From: Polyangiales bacterium
GTDB lineage: Bacteria; Myxococcota_A; Polyangia; Polyangiales; Houyiibacteriaceae
Reading direction: 5' to 3'
Assembly: GCA_045106895.1 (NCBI GenBank)
Contig: JBGCFM010000192.1
Location: forward strand, 1-31,457
DNA: 31,457 bases
Below are positions 8,475-18,457 of the stretch, piece by piece. Below the pieces are notes generated by a model, which saw only the letters and a program-made list of their open reading frames with translations, ran no database searches and was not told where the DNA came from. The number at the start of each line of letters is the position of its first letter. Position 1 is the first letter of the stretch. Made by a program: the position numbers and the translations under genes.

Positions 8475-9442
8475 TGGACGCCTCGGAGCCGATCATCGAG
8501 GCTGAGAACCTAGGGCGGCGTTTCGGGTCCATCGTGGCGGTTCGAGACGTGTCGCTGCAGGTGGAGCGAGGGGAAATCTATGGGGTCCTCGGCGCAAACG
8601 GCGCCGGCAAGAGCACGACGATTCGTATGCTCTGCGGAATCCTCGACCCGACGAGTGGGAGCGCGCGCGTGGTTGGCCATGACGTCTCGAAAGACCCCGA
8701 GGCCGTCAAGCGAAGCATCGGCTACATGACGCAGCGCTTCAGCCTCTATGAAGACCTCACGATTCAGGAGAACCTCAGTTTCTATGCCGGCATCTACGGT
8801 GTGGCCCGCAAGCAGCGAAAGGCGCGCATCGGAGAGATGTTGGAGCGCCTCGGCCTCGGCCCCCGACGAAACCAACTCGCGGGGACCCTCAGTGGTGGCT
8901 GGAAGCAACGCGTCGCCCTCGCCTGCGCCACGATTCATGCTCCCCCGCTGCTCTTCCTCGATGAGCCCACAGCTGGTGTTGACCCCATGTCGCGGCGCAG
9001 CTTCTGGGACCAGATACATCGCCTCGCTTCGGAAGGAACCACTGTGCTCGTCACGACGCACTACATGGACGAAGCGGAGCGATGTCACCGTCTGAGCTTC
9101 ATCTTTCGTGGCGCCGTACTCGAAGCGGGGACGCCGGCGGAGGTCGTCGAGCGGCGGCGCCTTGAGGTCGTCGAAGTGGAAGTCGATAGACCGGCCGATG
9201 CGCGGCGCGCCGCCGACGTACTTCGCGAACTAGACGGCGTGCGAGACGTCGCCCCCTTCGGGAAAGTGATGCGCGTCGCCACGCGAGACGTTCAGGATCC
9301 CGAGACGCTCTGCGAGTCCGGCCTACGCGCCCAGAGTATCCCCGCTTCGACAGCCATCCGAGCGCGCGTGACCGTCGAAGACGCCTTCGTGTCGATGGTG
9401 CGCGATGACGCTGAAGACAACGCCGAGGGGAGCGACACATGA
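8471..9442 (+). CDS. ABC transporter ATP-binding protein (YbhF/DrrA-like)
   Basis: Walker A GANGAGKST, signature LSGGWKQR, Walker B LFLDEPTAGVDP, TTHYMDEAE. Confidence 0.95.
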   Translation: MMDASEPIIEAENLGRRFGSIVAVRDVSLQVERGEIYGVLGANGAGKSTTIRMLCGILDPTSGSARVVGHDVSKDPEAVKRSIGYMTQRFSLYEDLTIQENLSFYAGIYGVARKQRKARIGEMLERLGLGPRRNQLAGTLSGGWKQRVALACATIHAPPLLFLDEPTAGVDPMSRRSFWDQIHRLASEGTTVLVTTHYMDEAERCHRLSFIFRGAVLEAGTPAEVVERRRLEVVEVEVDRPADARRAADVLRELDGVRDVAPFGKVMRVATRDVQDPETLCESGLRAQSIPASTAIRARVTVEDAFVSMVRDDAEDNAEGSDT

Positions 9443-10551
9443 ATCGTCTATTGGCCATCATCACCAAAGAGCTGCGGCAGATGCGGCGCGACAGGATGAC
9501 CATCGCCATGATGGTCGCGCTCCCCGTGATGCAGATTCTGCTCTTTGGCTACGCCATCGACACGGACGTACGCAACATCCCCACGGTCATCTACGACCAG
9601 GACCGAAGCGCAGGCTCCCGCGACTTGGTCGCCGGTCTCGAAGCCACAGGCTTCTACGACATCATTGGCAATGTTCGCGACTACGACGAAATCGGCGACG
9701 CTCTGCGCAGCTCGCGCGCACGTGTCGCCCTCGTCGTCCCCAGCGGCTACCACGCAGACCTGCTCGCTCAGCGAAGAACCACGCTTCAGCTTGTCGTCGA
9801 TGGAAGCGACCCGCAGATCGTCGCGAGCGCCACGCAGAGCGCTGCAGGGCTCGTCGGAGCCCGAAGCGCGGCGGTGCAGGCGAGCGCGCTTGGCGTGGAC
9901 GGGGGCCCGCTTATCCGCCTTGAAGCCACCAACTGGTACAACCCCGAGCTGCGCACGGCGGTTTTTGTCGTGCCTGGCATCGTCGGCGTGATCTTGACGA
10001 TGACGATGGTGATGCTCACGGCGATGGCCATCGCCCGCGAGCGCGAACGCGGCACCCTCGAGGCGTTGATCGTGTCTCCGGTTCGAAGCGTCGAGCTCAC
10101 CCTCGGAAAGATCATCCCCTATATCGGCGTCGGCTTCGTTCAGGTCACCCTCGTACTGATCACCGGGCGAATATTCTTCGATGTGCCCTTCGAAGGGAGC
10201 ATTCCTCTCTACTACGCGATGACGTTCATCTTTGTCGCTGCAAGTCTCGCGGTAGGACTCGTGTTCTCCACCGTCGCCAAAACGCAACAGCAAGCGATGC
10301 AGATGTCCTTCTTCTTCTTGCTGCCGAATATTCTGCTCAGCGGCTTCGCGTTTCCTTGGGAGGGCATGCCAGCGCCAGCGCAGTGGCTGAGTGAAGCGCT
10401 CCCTCTGACTCACTACCTGCGCATCTCGCGGGGCATCATTCTCAAGGGCACGTCATTCGCCGACGTGCAGAACGAAGTCTGGTGGCTGTGCGCGACGCTG
10501 ATGGTTCTCGTCGGCATCGCCACGACGCGGCTGACGAAGAAGCTCGGATAA
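9439..10551 (+). CDS. ABC-2 type transporter permease (YbhS/R-like)
   Basis: KELRQMRRDR, N-terminal TM, large soluble loop, ARERERGTLEAL, multiple C-terminal TMs, LLSGF.FP. Confidence 0.93.
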   Translation: MNRLLAIITKELRQMRRDRMTIAMMVALPVMQILLFGYAIDTDVRNIPTVIYDQDRSAGSRDLVAGLEATGFYDIIGNVRDYDEIGDALRSSRARVALVVPSGYHADLLAQRRTTLQLVVDGSDPQIVASATQSAAGLVGARSAAVQASALGVDGGPLIRLEATNWYNPELRTAVFVVPGIVGVILTMTMVMLTAMAIARERERGTLEALIVSPVRSVELTLGKIIPYIGVGFVQVTLVLITGRIFFDVPFEGSIPLYYAMTFIFVAASLAVGLVFSTVAKTQQQAMQMSFFFLLPNILLSGFAFPWEGMPAPAQWLSEALPLTHYLRISRGIILKGTSFADVQNEVWWLCATLMVLVGIATTRLTKKLG

Positions 10552-10564
10552 GGTAGACAAGCCT

Positions 10565-11167
10565 GTGGCTCGTCCCCCCTCCGATATTCGAGCGCGTATC
10601 ATCACGAGCGCGCGCGGGGTCTTTCTTCGGAAAGGCGTCGATGGGGCGTCTCTCCGGCAGATTGCCAAAGACGCCGGCACCAATATCGGCATGGTCTATT
10701 ACTACTTCGAGACGAAGGACGAGCTTTTCCTTCAGGTCGTCGAAGACCGCTACGCTGGTGTCTTGGCGAAGCTTGAGGCGATCTTCGCGCGGGAGACTCC
10801 TTTCCTCGAACGAATGACCCTCGCCAGCGCCCAGGTTGGCGACCTCGAGGATGAAGAGTTCGAAGTGATGCGCATCGTCATGGGTGAGCTGGTGCGCTCG
10901 ACGCCGGAACGCAAGAAGCTTGTCATGGACCGCTTCAAGCAGGGCCATGTGGGGCTCCTATTCAGGGCGTTGACGGAGGCCTCAGGGGAGATCGACCCTC
11001 GGCACCCCGTGCCCGTCGCGTTGATCAGCATCGTCGGTGCGATGGTGCTTCCCCAGCTTCTGATGCGTATGGCTGGTGACGCGGCGCCCATCGCGTTGCC
11101 CGAACCCGCGGTCCTGGCGGAGTCCCTCGCGAACGTACTGCGACACGGTCTTCTCAAGGAAGAGTAG
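10565..11167 (+). CDS. TetR/AcrR family transcriptional regulator
   Basis: HTH SLRQIAKDAGTNIGMVYYYFETKDELF; last gene of the efflux operon. Confidence 0.93.
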   Translation: MARPPSDIRARIITSARGVFLRKGVDGASLRQIAKDAGTNIGMVYYYFETKDELFLQVVEDRYAGVLAKLEAIFARETPFLERMTLASAQVGDLEDEEFEVMRIVMGELVRSTPERKKLVMDRFKQGHVGLLFRALTEASGEIDPRHPVPVALISIVGAMVLPQLLMRMAGDAAPIALPEPAVLAESLANVLRHGLLKEE

Positions 11168-12743
11168 ACGCGCTCGCGCTGACCGTCTGAAGCGCTTCCG
11201 TTGCAAAGGCGGGCCCGGCGGCGGCGAGACTTCGGAACACCAGGTCGGCGCCGGCGTCCTCCAAGGTCTGAACTTCGTCGTCATAACGCGCCGTGGCCGC
11301 GACGATTCCCCGATAGCCCTCGGCGCGAAGCTGTTCGATGGTGATTCGGTTCTCTTCGTTGCTCGACATCGCGAGCAAAACGAGTTCCACGCGCTCCTGC
11401 TCAATGTGCAAACGCTCCCAGAAGTCTGCGTCCGTGGCGCTTGCGATGAACACACGCCGACCTGCTTGCTGGTGCTCATGCACCCTCGCAACGTCGACAT
11501 CAAAGCCCGCGACTCCGTCGCCCAGTCGCTCGGTCAACATGTCGTAGGCGGGAGCGCCGATGCGCCCCATGCCAAAGACAAGCGCTCGTGCCCAGCCGAC
11601 ATCCACCGGTTCCTCTTCGGCGAGCCGGTCCGGTCGTTCGAGGCCCTGCAGACGCTCTCGGTACCTTCGGTAGAGGTCGAAGGCGCGCGAGTTCAGGGCG
11701 GCGCTGCATACGAAGCTGATACCGACGGCAATGGCGACGGTGACGATCCACTCGCTTGGCAGCCACCCTTTCGAAACGCCGACGGCACCGACGATCAGAC
11801 CAAACTCGCTGTAGGACGTGAGCGCCGCGCCGCCCAGTACCCCGGAGCGTGCCCGGAGCCGGAAGCGGGTAAAGAGGAACAGGAAGAAGCCCGCTTTGAG
11901 CGGCAAGAGCAACGCGAGGACAGCGCCGATGCCGACCATCTCCAAGGTGGGAAGTCCCGTCAGACCGACGGTCAAAAAGAAACCGACGAGGAACACGTCC
12001 TTGAGTCCGAGAAGACTCTTCGCGAGCTCGTCGCTCTTGCGATGGCCGCCGCATACGATGCCCGCCGCCAGCGCGCCGAGGTCTGGTTTGAGTCCGACAA
12101 GCTCGAAGAGCGCGGCGGCACCGAGAGCCGCGGCGAGGCCGGCGAGGACCAAGAGTTCTCCATGACCGCACCACTCGAGCGCCCGCGCGACGAGGGGCCG
12201 GAGCGGGATGAGCGCAAAGAGCGCCAACGCCCAGGGACTAGGCCACTCACCGCTCGACGCGGTGATAAAGACGACGGCGGCGATGTCCTGAACGATGAGC
12301 ACGCCCACGGCGATCCTCCCGTAGAACGTGGCCATGTCGTCCCGTTCTTCGAGGACCTTCACGGCAAAGACCGTGCTCGAAAAACTCAGCGCGAAGGCGA
12401 TCAACCACGCCGTCGAAGCATGCAAACCCGCGAACATGCCGAGCCCCAAAGTGGACAGGCCGAGGACTGGGAGTGCGAAGAGAACAACGCTCGCCACCAT
12501 GTGCAGCACAGCGGTCCCGAGAACGGGGCGCGTCGCGAGCACCCGTAGATCGAGCTTGAGGCCGATAGCGAAGAGAAGCAGCAGGATGCCGACGTCGGCG
12601 AGCTCGCGGAGGGAGTCGTCGGGACGTAGGCCGAGGAGCTCCAGGGCGAAACCTGCTGCCATGAAACCCAAAAGAGGCGCTTGCCCAAGCCTCTTGGCGA
12701 AGAGACCGAAGAGAAACGCGATGCCAATCCACTTCAGTTCCAT
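11154..12743 (-). CDS. CPA2 cation:proton antiporter (Kef-like) with C-terminal TrkA-N/KTN domain
   Basis: LLFAIGLKL, LSFSSTVFAVK, LIVQDI, SEFGLIV; KTN motif GMGRIG; ATG 12743 preceded by GGAG. Confidence 0.9.
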   Translation of the reverse strand: MELKWIGIAFLFGLFAKRLGQAPLLGFMAAGFALELLGLRPDDSLRELADVGILLLLFAIGLKLDLRVLATRPVLGTAVLHMVASVVLFALPVLGLSTLGLGMFAGLHASTAWLIAFALSFSSTVFAVKVLEERDDMATFYGRIAVGVLIVQDIAAVVFITASSGEWPSPWALALFALIPLRPLVARALEWCGHGELLVLAGLAAALGAAALFELVGLKPDLGALAAGIVCGGHRKSDELAKSLLGLKDVFLVGFFLTVGLTGLPTLEMVGIGAVLALLLPLKAGFFLFLFTRFRLRARSGVLGGAALTSYSEFGLIVGAVGVSKGWLPSEWIVTVAIAVGISFVCSAALNSRAFDLYRRYRERLQGLERPDRLAEEEPVDVGWARALVFGMGRIGAPAYDMLTERLGDGVAGFDVDVARVHEHQQAGRRVFIASATDADFWERLHIEQERVELVLLAMSSNEENRITIEQLRAEGYRGIVAATARYDDEVQTLEDAGADLVFRSLAAAGPAFATEALQTVSASASTLP

Positions 12744-12823
12744 GACGACTCCGTGGGCCCGAGAGCCATGCTTATCATGGGGCCAAGGAGCTATCGTGAC
12801 AGGCGATAATCCCAACACCACGC

Positions 12824-12838
12824 ATCGATTTTATCGAT
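12824..12838. promoter_or_regulatory. LysR-type dyad ATCGAT-TTT-ATCGAT upstream of the antiporter
   Basis: 15-bp dyad containing T-N11-A, 81-95 bp upstream of the antiporter start; AT-rich in a GC-rich background. Confidence 0.5.
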
Positions 12839-12884
12839 ATGGCGTCACGAGCGCGCGAGGACTGGCTCTCGAAACGAGGGAGAC

Positions 12885-14444
12885 TCAGGCGTCAGGGTTC
12901 GCGGCGACGTAGGCGTCATGGGCGGCACGCCGCTCTCGTCGGGCGCGAAGTCGGTCACGAAGCAGCGGCCAAGCAAGCGGCACCCAGAACACCGTCACGA
13001 CGACGGCGACGAGGGCGCATCGCACCAGGATGTTCCAGTCCCAGATGCGCATGAAGTACTCGGCCGCGCCGCCGACTCCGCTGGAGAGCGCGACGAGGAA
13101 CGTGAAACGAAAGTCCTGGGCAAAACCGGACATGCCGATTCGCCGACTGGATGCAGCGGCGGCAAAGTAACGGACGACCTCGGAGGCCGCGAAGCCTGCG
13201 ATGGCGCCATGGAAGCCATACCCTCCGACTCCCTCCCCGAGCCAATACCCCAGCGGGATGAAGGCGCCCATGGCGAGGATCTTCATGAACGACGCGAGGC
13301 TGTTCCACTTTGGGACACCTGCTGCGAAGAGCGCGGCTTCGTAGGTCCGAGCGAGAATGAGCCACCAGCCGCCCATGGCGAGGAGCTGAACCTGCCAGCC
13401 AGCGGCGAAATAGTCGGCATCGTAGAGAAGGTCGATGGCTGTGGGCCCACCGGCCACGAGACCCGCGAAGGCCCAACCGGCGGCGATGAGCAGCGAGGAG
13501 CGGGTGCTCTCAAAGATCCCGTGGAAGTCGCCGTCGCGCTCGCGCACTTTGCTGTAGACAGGAAAGATGATCTGGGTGGTCAACTTGCCCAGCGCTTCGG
13601 CGGGCAACATCGCGATGTTCAGCGCGATGAAGTAGACGCCGAGTTCGTCGAGACTGACGATCTTTCCGAAGATGAGACGGTCGGACTGCGTCGCCACAAA
13701 GGTCAAAATGGTGCCCAGGAAGATCCAACGCCCGAAACGCACGAGCTCTGTGACGGCGGACTTGTCCCAAGCGAGGCGGTTCTTTTCGCCGGGCAGGTAG
13801 ACGTGCGTTAGCAGCGTCCGAGAGAACCCGGTCGTCAATGAACCTGCGACAAGCGCCATCACGGAAGGCGAAATGAGCGCCCAAGTGACCATGACGATTT
13901 GGCCCAGCAGTTGAGATCCGAAGATCATGATCTCAATACGCCCCAAGGACAGGTCGCGGTTGAGCGTGAAGATCCGCGTGGAGTTGAACCCCGCACAGAG
14001 CGCGTTGAGACCCACCAGCGGCAAAAGGTAAACCAGCGTCGGCTCGTCGTAGTATCCCGCCATGGGATACGCGAGCGCGCAGGCTGTGAGGTAGAGCAGA
14101 CCGCCACGCCCGACCTGCATGCTCCAAGCGGTGTTCACGAAGGCGCTATCGCGTCGGTCGTTCTGGATCAGGCTTGGGCCGATGCCCACATCGCTGAAGA
14201 GCTCAAGCCCAGTCAGCACAACCTGAATGAGACCCATGATGCCAAAGGCCTCAGGAAAGAGCAGTCGAGTAAGGATGAGGTTCCCGACAAGACGGAGGAC
14301 TTGGGAGCCGCCATACCCAAGGAGAACAAAGAGCGCTCCGCGCCGGGCTTTCGTTTCAACGCCTTCGCCCTCAGGCGCGGAAGTATCGGCGCCCTCTTCG
14401 GCCGGCTCTTCGTTCTTTTCTGTCTCGCTCACCGGTACCGTCAC
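12885..14444 (-). CDS. Wzx-type oligosaccharide flippase (polysaccharide biosynthesis protein)
   Basis: LILTRLLFPEAFG, SDVGIGPSLIQ, TAWSMQVGRG, QSDRLIFGK...LGVYFIA; many TM segments; GTG 14444 overlaps the upstream TGA (GTG 14432 is an alternative start). Confidence 0.88.
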   Translation of the reverse strand: MTVPVSETEKNEEPAEEGADTSAPEGEGVETKARRGALFVLLGYGGSQVLRLVGNLILTRLLFPEAFGIMGLIQVVLTGLELFSDVGIGPSLIQNDRRDSAFVNTAWSMQVGRGGLLYLTACALAYPMAGYYDEPTLVYLLPLVGLNALCAGFNSTRIFTLNRDLSLGRIEIMIFGSQLLGQIVMVTWALISPSVMALVAGSLTTGFSRTLLTHVYLPGEKNRLAWDKSAVTELVRFGRWIFLGTILTFVATQSDRLIFGKIVSLDELGVYFIALNIAMLPAEALGKLTTQIIFPVYSKVRERDGDFHGIFESTRSSLLIAAGWAFAGLVAGGPTAIDLLYDADYFAAGWQVQLLAMGGWWLILARTYEAALFAAGVPKWNSLASFMKILAMGAFIPLGYWLGEGVGGYGFHGAIAGFAASEVVRYFAAAASSRRIGMSGFAQDFRFTFLVALSSGVGGAAEYFMRIWDWNILVRCALVAVVVTVFWVPLAWPLLRDRLRARRERRAAHDAYVAANPDA

Positions 14445-15889
14445 TGTTCCGCGGGCACTTTGGGCGAACTGGCCTCGGGCGCCAAGGGCCTTTGCCCTCT
14501 GCGCCTCTTTTTCTTCTCTCGGCGCTCCGCTCTCTTTCTTTTCAGCATTCGCTCCTGTTCGATGGGGAGCCCCAGGGACAAGCCATGCAATGCCCCCGAC
14601 AAGAAGAGGGGCATGCAATTAAAGAGGCCATTTGGCAGTAGATCGACGGTCATCACGCTCCCCATGAGAGCGAGCGCCGCGAGGAGACGTCGATCGAGCT
14701 TCGACTTCAGCTTCCTCATCCGGAAGAAGAGCAATATGCACGGGATGGTCATCATGCCGTACATGCCTAGAAAGCCGACGGCGCCGCGGTTGCCGAGCTG
14801 AATGGTCCAGTCACCATCCGTAATCGAGAGGTCCTCGCCCGTGGTTGGGTCGAAGAGGCGGTTTCGGTCGTAGCCCCCCCAGCCAAAGATCGGCCGTTCG
14901 CGAGCGCGCTCCATGAGCTGAAACTCCTGGTCGAAACGGAACCAAAGAGAGAGCGCGCGCTCTTCGTTGAACCCCTCCGCGTACTCCACGAGCTCGTCCG
15001 CCGGGAACACATCTGTCCCACGCAAGATTGGGTAGAGCAGCGCCATGAGTGAGAAGAGCATCGGGACGATGATTCGAAAGCGCCGCGAGAAGAGAAGCAG
15101 CGGCCACAGCAGGATTCCGTAGATGACGGCGCCGGAACTCTTACAAGCAACGACCATCGCGGGCATCCAAACGACCGTCCACATCTTCGCGAGACCGGCG
15201 CGGTTTCGAGCGATGGCCATCATGCTGGATCCCAGCAGGTACATGGACACGGCCATACCGGTCTGCATGAAGATCATGGGGCGATAACCGCCGAAACGAA
15301 TGGACATGTTGAAGTCCATCTGGTGGAAGCCATACAGCGTCTTGTGCAGCTGCGGGCTCATTCGAATCTCAACGAGAGCGAGGAGCGTATAGAAGAGGCC
15401 TGTCGAGAGTAGGATGCGGGTCAGGTTGTGAAGATCGGCACGGTTGCGAACCATCGCGCGCCCGATGAAGAACGGTAGGTAGACCCCGAGCGTGTCCTTG
15501 ATGCTGCATGCAAACGCGTCGTAGAGCGTCAAGTTGGGTCGAACGACGGGACCCGTAACGAGGGCGTCGCCGTTCGTCAACGCCGTGCCTACGTTGCCGA
15601 CGAGCATGAAGATGAAGAGAATATCGATGCCGCGAAACGGCTTGGCGCTCTTGATTCGCCCGGGGCTCTTAACAATGCACGCGATGAGGCACCACAAAGC
15701 GGCCATCGAGGTCTTGTCGAGCGGCGGCAAAAGCGGCGGGTCGAAGGCGACGACCTCCGGCAGGTAATTGACCGAGAGCAGTATGGCCCAGATCGCGGCT
15801 TCGGCAGGCTTGAACCGTTTGAAGAGCCACGCCGTAACGGGTATCCAAAGGAAGAGCGCAAGCGTGGAGAAGATATTGGGACTGCCCAT
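14441..15889 (-). CDS. Wzy polymerase / O-antigen-ligase-like membrane protein
   Basis: Polytopic; RFGGYRP..F, CKSSGA, ERALSLWFRF...RPIFGWGGY loop; coupled to the flippase. Confidence 0.75.
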   Translation of the reverse strand: MGSPNIFSTLALFLWIPVTAWLFKRFKPAEAAIWAILLSVNYLPEVVAFDPPLLPPLDKTSMAALWCLIACIVKSPGRIKSAKPFRGIDILFIFMLVGNVGTALTNGDALVTGPVVRPNLTLYDAFACSIKDTLGVYLPFFIGRAMVRNRADLHNLTRILLSTGLFYTLLALVEIRMSPQLHKTLYGFHQMDFNMSIRFGGYRPMIFMQTGMAVSMYLLGSSMMAIARNRAGLAKMWTVVWMPAMVVACKSSGAVIYGILLWPLLLFSRRFRIIVPMLFSLMALLYPILRGTDVFPADELVEYAEGFNEERALSLWFRFDQEFQLMERARERPIFGWGGYDRNRLFDPTTGEDLSITDGDWTIQLGNRGAVGFLGMYGMMTIPCILLFFRMRKLKSKLDRRLLAALALMGSVMTVDLLPNGLFNCMPLFLSGALHGLSLGLPIEQERMLKRKRAERREKKKRRRGQRPLAPEASSPKVPAEQ

Positions 15890-15919
15890 GAGCCTAGCCG
15901 GGCCGTAGACATAGCACGC

Positions 15920-16750
15920 TCATCCGCGGCTGTTTCCTGAAAGGAAACGGCGCGAACAACGCGCGAGAAGCCCTCTTCCAGGAGCCGGCGCGTGGTGGGA
16001 GAGCGCCCGCTCCCAGACATCGCCGACAATAGGCAGCCCGTGTCCCGGCAGCAAATGGCGGACCTCAAGGGATCGAAGCCGTTCTTCGCTGCGGCGACTA
16101 TCGGCATCATCCAGGGATTCCGGGTTGAACCAGGCCCGGCCGTCGATGGTCAGGACGGCGTCGCCAGACAGGAGCGTGGCCGAGTCAGCGTGGTAGAGCG
16201 AGATCGAGTCATCGCTGTGGCCGGGGCACTCGATGACGCGCCAGGAGGACGCACCCGGAACGACGTCGCCGTCCCGGAGAAAGCCCGCGCACCTGAGAGG
16301 AAAACGGAACTCGGAGTTCCCGCCACCAAAGCCGATGCTCGAGCCGATTTTGGCGAGTTCGACGAGACTCCCAAGCTCGAAAGGCTGCTGGGCGACAAAG
16401 GGCAGGAATCGCAGAGTGGTCTTGGCGGAGAACATTCGCGGCTCCTCTCCGCCAAGGTACGCCTCACATCGCCCTGGGAGAAACGCGCGCGCGCCGTACG
16501 TGGATTTCAGGAGCGGCATTCCCGCCAGGTGGTCGACATGGCCATGCGTGCACAGCGTAGAGACAGGCTCGTGGGAGACGCCCTCCTCGGTGACGAGGTC
16601 CATCGCGCGTTTCGCCGTCGACGGGAGGCCCGGGTCGACAACGACGGGCCCGGCGTCGCCTTCGATCACGTAGCAGTTGAAGATCCAGCGAGAGCTTCGG
16701 TGAACAGGTAGGTCAAGAACGCGCCCGGCGTAGCCTTGGGAGGAAGTCAC
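15920..16750 (-). CDS. MBL-fold metallo-hydrolase
   Basis: VVDPG, THGHVDH (HxHxDH), PGHS, SGDA, PGHG; GTG 16750 has TAGAGT 7 nt upstream. Confidence 0.88.
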   Translation of the reverse strand: MTSSQGYAGRVLDLPVHRSSRWIFNCYVIEGDAGPVVVDPGLPSTAKRAMDLVTEEGVSHEPVSTLCTHGHVDHLAGMPLLKSTYGARAFLPGRCEAYLGGEEPRMFSAKTTLRFLPFVAQQPFELGSLVELAKIGSSIGFGGGNSEFRFPLRCAGFLRDGDVVPGASSWRVIECPGHSDDSISLYHADSATLLSGDAVLTIDGRAWFNPESLDDADSRRSEERLRSLEVRHLLPGHGLPIVGDVWERALSHHAPAPGRGLLARCSRRFLSGNSRG

Positions 16751-16837
16751 GGCGCCCACTCTAATGCACAACCTCGTCGGGGCGCGATGTTCGCCGCACC
16801 TCTTCCGCGTTCGAACAACGCATCGTAGGGTTGAGCG

Positions 16838-17962
16838 ATGAAGGCGACGAGCGCGAGCTGCGAGAAGTGCGGGGCCGACCTTCCTGCGACGCTTGGAAGA
16901 GTTGAGTGCAAGTACTGCGGGAAGGAGACGCTTCTTGGGGCCGGCGGCGCGACAACCGCGATACCATCGACGAGCGTCCCGGGCTCAGCCGGCCGGATCG
17001 TTCTCTTCGCCGCCACCGTACTCGCCCTCGGGATCGGCTCGATGGTCGTGAAGCTCGCCGGCGAGAACGAAGTTGCAGGCGGAGCCGGAGATGTACACGT
17101 CGATACGAGCGCTTCGCTGCAATCTCAGGTCTGCCTCCTCGATGACCTCAACGGCGACGGCGTGCGCGAGATCGCCGCACTCTTGGCTCTCGACTACAAC
17201 GCACCAAGGCTGCCGACGATTCTTAACGGGGCGACGGGCGACACTCACTGGCAAGGCGATGCTCTCCCATCCAGCACGAAGCTCTTCCAGGTGTGCCTCG
17301 GCGGCTCGTGGGTGGGCATCGCCGACAACGACGCGTTCTCTCTCACCCTCATCAACGCCAGCACTCCGACCCAGCAGGTGCGCCACGCGTTGAGCGACGA
17401 GGTTGAGATGTACGGCGCGGACGAGTCCTGTTTTTCGTTTCACATGAACGACGAACGCAACGTTGGCTTTTCGGCGAGGGACGGATCTCCGGCGGAATGT
17501 GACGTGGTCCCGGGCTCTCACGTCCACGTCATAGAATCGACGACCTGCGGGATCATCTCCACCATGCCCGAGGGCGCCACCTTCGACGAAAACGAAGTCA
17601 CCTACCGGGTCCGCGGGCGGCAGCCGGGAACGGCGTTTCTTGAAGTGAAAGCGACGCGCGGAGAACGCGACCTTTGGGACCAGACGCTCCGTCTTATGCC
17701 AGCGGAAGGCGAACGCATTGGGTGCTTTGCCGCCGCCGCGACGCCGGGCGCCCTCGTGGTGCTCGGGTCTCCGCGAGGCGATCAGCACCACGTCGTCGCC
17801 CTTGGACTCGACGCCGAATCGGGCACCGAGCGATACGCTACCGAGTTTGAGTCGCTCGTGACGCGGGTCCGGGGCATTCACTACAACGGGCGCTATGTTG
17901 TGTTCGGTCTCACCTCACGCCTCGTGGCCCTCGACCCGCTGAGCGGTGAGGTGGCGTGGTGA
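16838..17962 (+). CDS. Membrane-anchored hypothetical protein: Zn-ribbon, TM, extracytoplasmic beta-propeller-like domain
   Basis: CEKCG...CKYCG, hydrophobic IVLFAATVLALGIGSMVV, DLNGDG Ca-binding-like motif, PQQ-like repeats (LNGATGDTHW, LDAESGTERY, LDPLSGEVAW). Confidence 0.7.
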   Translation: MKATSASCEKCGADLPATLGRVECKYCGKETLLGAGGATTAIPSTSVPGSAGRIVLFAATVLALGIGSMVVKLAGENEVAGGAGDVHVDTSASLQSQVCLLDDLNGDGVREIAALLALDYNAPRLPTILNGATGDTHWQGDALPSSTKLFQVCLGGSWVGIADNDAFSLTLINASTPTQQVRHALSDEVEMYGADESCFSFHMNDERNVGFSARDGSPAECDVVPGSHVHVIESTTCGIISTMPEGATFDENEVTYRVRGRQPGTAFLEVKATRGERDLWDQTLRLMPAEGERIGCFAAAATPGALVVLGSPRGDQHHVVALGLDAESGTERYATEFESLVTRVRGIHYNGRYVVFGLTSRLVALDPLSGEVAW

Positions 17963-18063
17963 GCTGAGCAGCGGCTGCCTCCGCATCGATCAGGTGCTGC
18001 TCACTTTCGTGCCCTTGTCTGTGGCGGACTTCAGGACGAGGTTGCCTCTCCTAGGAGATCCTC

Positions 18064-18441
18064 ATGAGCGCAGACCCCCCCAAAAAGACCCCCATCGCTG
18101 GCCACATTCTTACGGCCCTCGTGGGCCTCGCCATGTGCGCCAGCGCCGGCGCCAAGATCGCCGGCGTTGAGGCCATCGTCGCGAACCTCACCTCCTACGG
18201 TCTCGCGGACTACGTTGTGCTCATTGGCGTCATCGAGCTCGTCAGTGCTGTACTTTTCGTGGTGCCAAAAACTTCGTCCGTAGGAGCCTTCCTCGTAACG
18301 GGCTACTTCGGCGGCGCCATCGTCGCTCATCTGACCATCGGCGACGTCGCCGGAATCGCCCCCGCCGTGGTTCTAGGGCTTCTTGCTTGGGGCGCGAACT
18401 ACCTTCGCAATCGCCAGATGTTTGAGTCGTTCTCGCGCTAG
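18064..18441 (+). CDS. DoxX family membrane protein
   Basis: 125 aa, four TMs, SAGAK...IGVIELV..VLF.VP...GYFGGAIVAH; AGGAG RBS. Confidence 0.85.
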   Translation: MSADPPKKTPIAGHILTALVGLAMCASAGAKIAGVEAIVANLTSYGLADYVVLIGVIELVSAVLFVVPKTSSVGAFLVTGYFGGAIVAHLTIGDVAGIAPAVVLGLLAWGANYLRNRQMFESFSR

Positions 18442-18457
18442 TGGTACCCCTAGCGCC

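Noticed and set aside
11076..12548. 490-aa plus-strand ORF (likewise 1737..2624, 9448..10413, 12918..13811, 13899..14801, 16985..17881)
   Set aside because: Antisense shadows of well-supported genes, expected in high-GC DNA; no recognisable motifs
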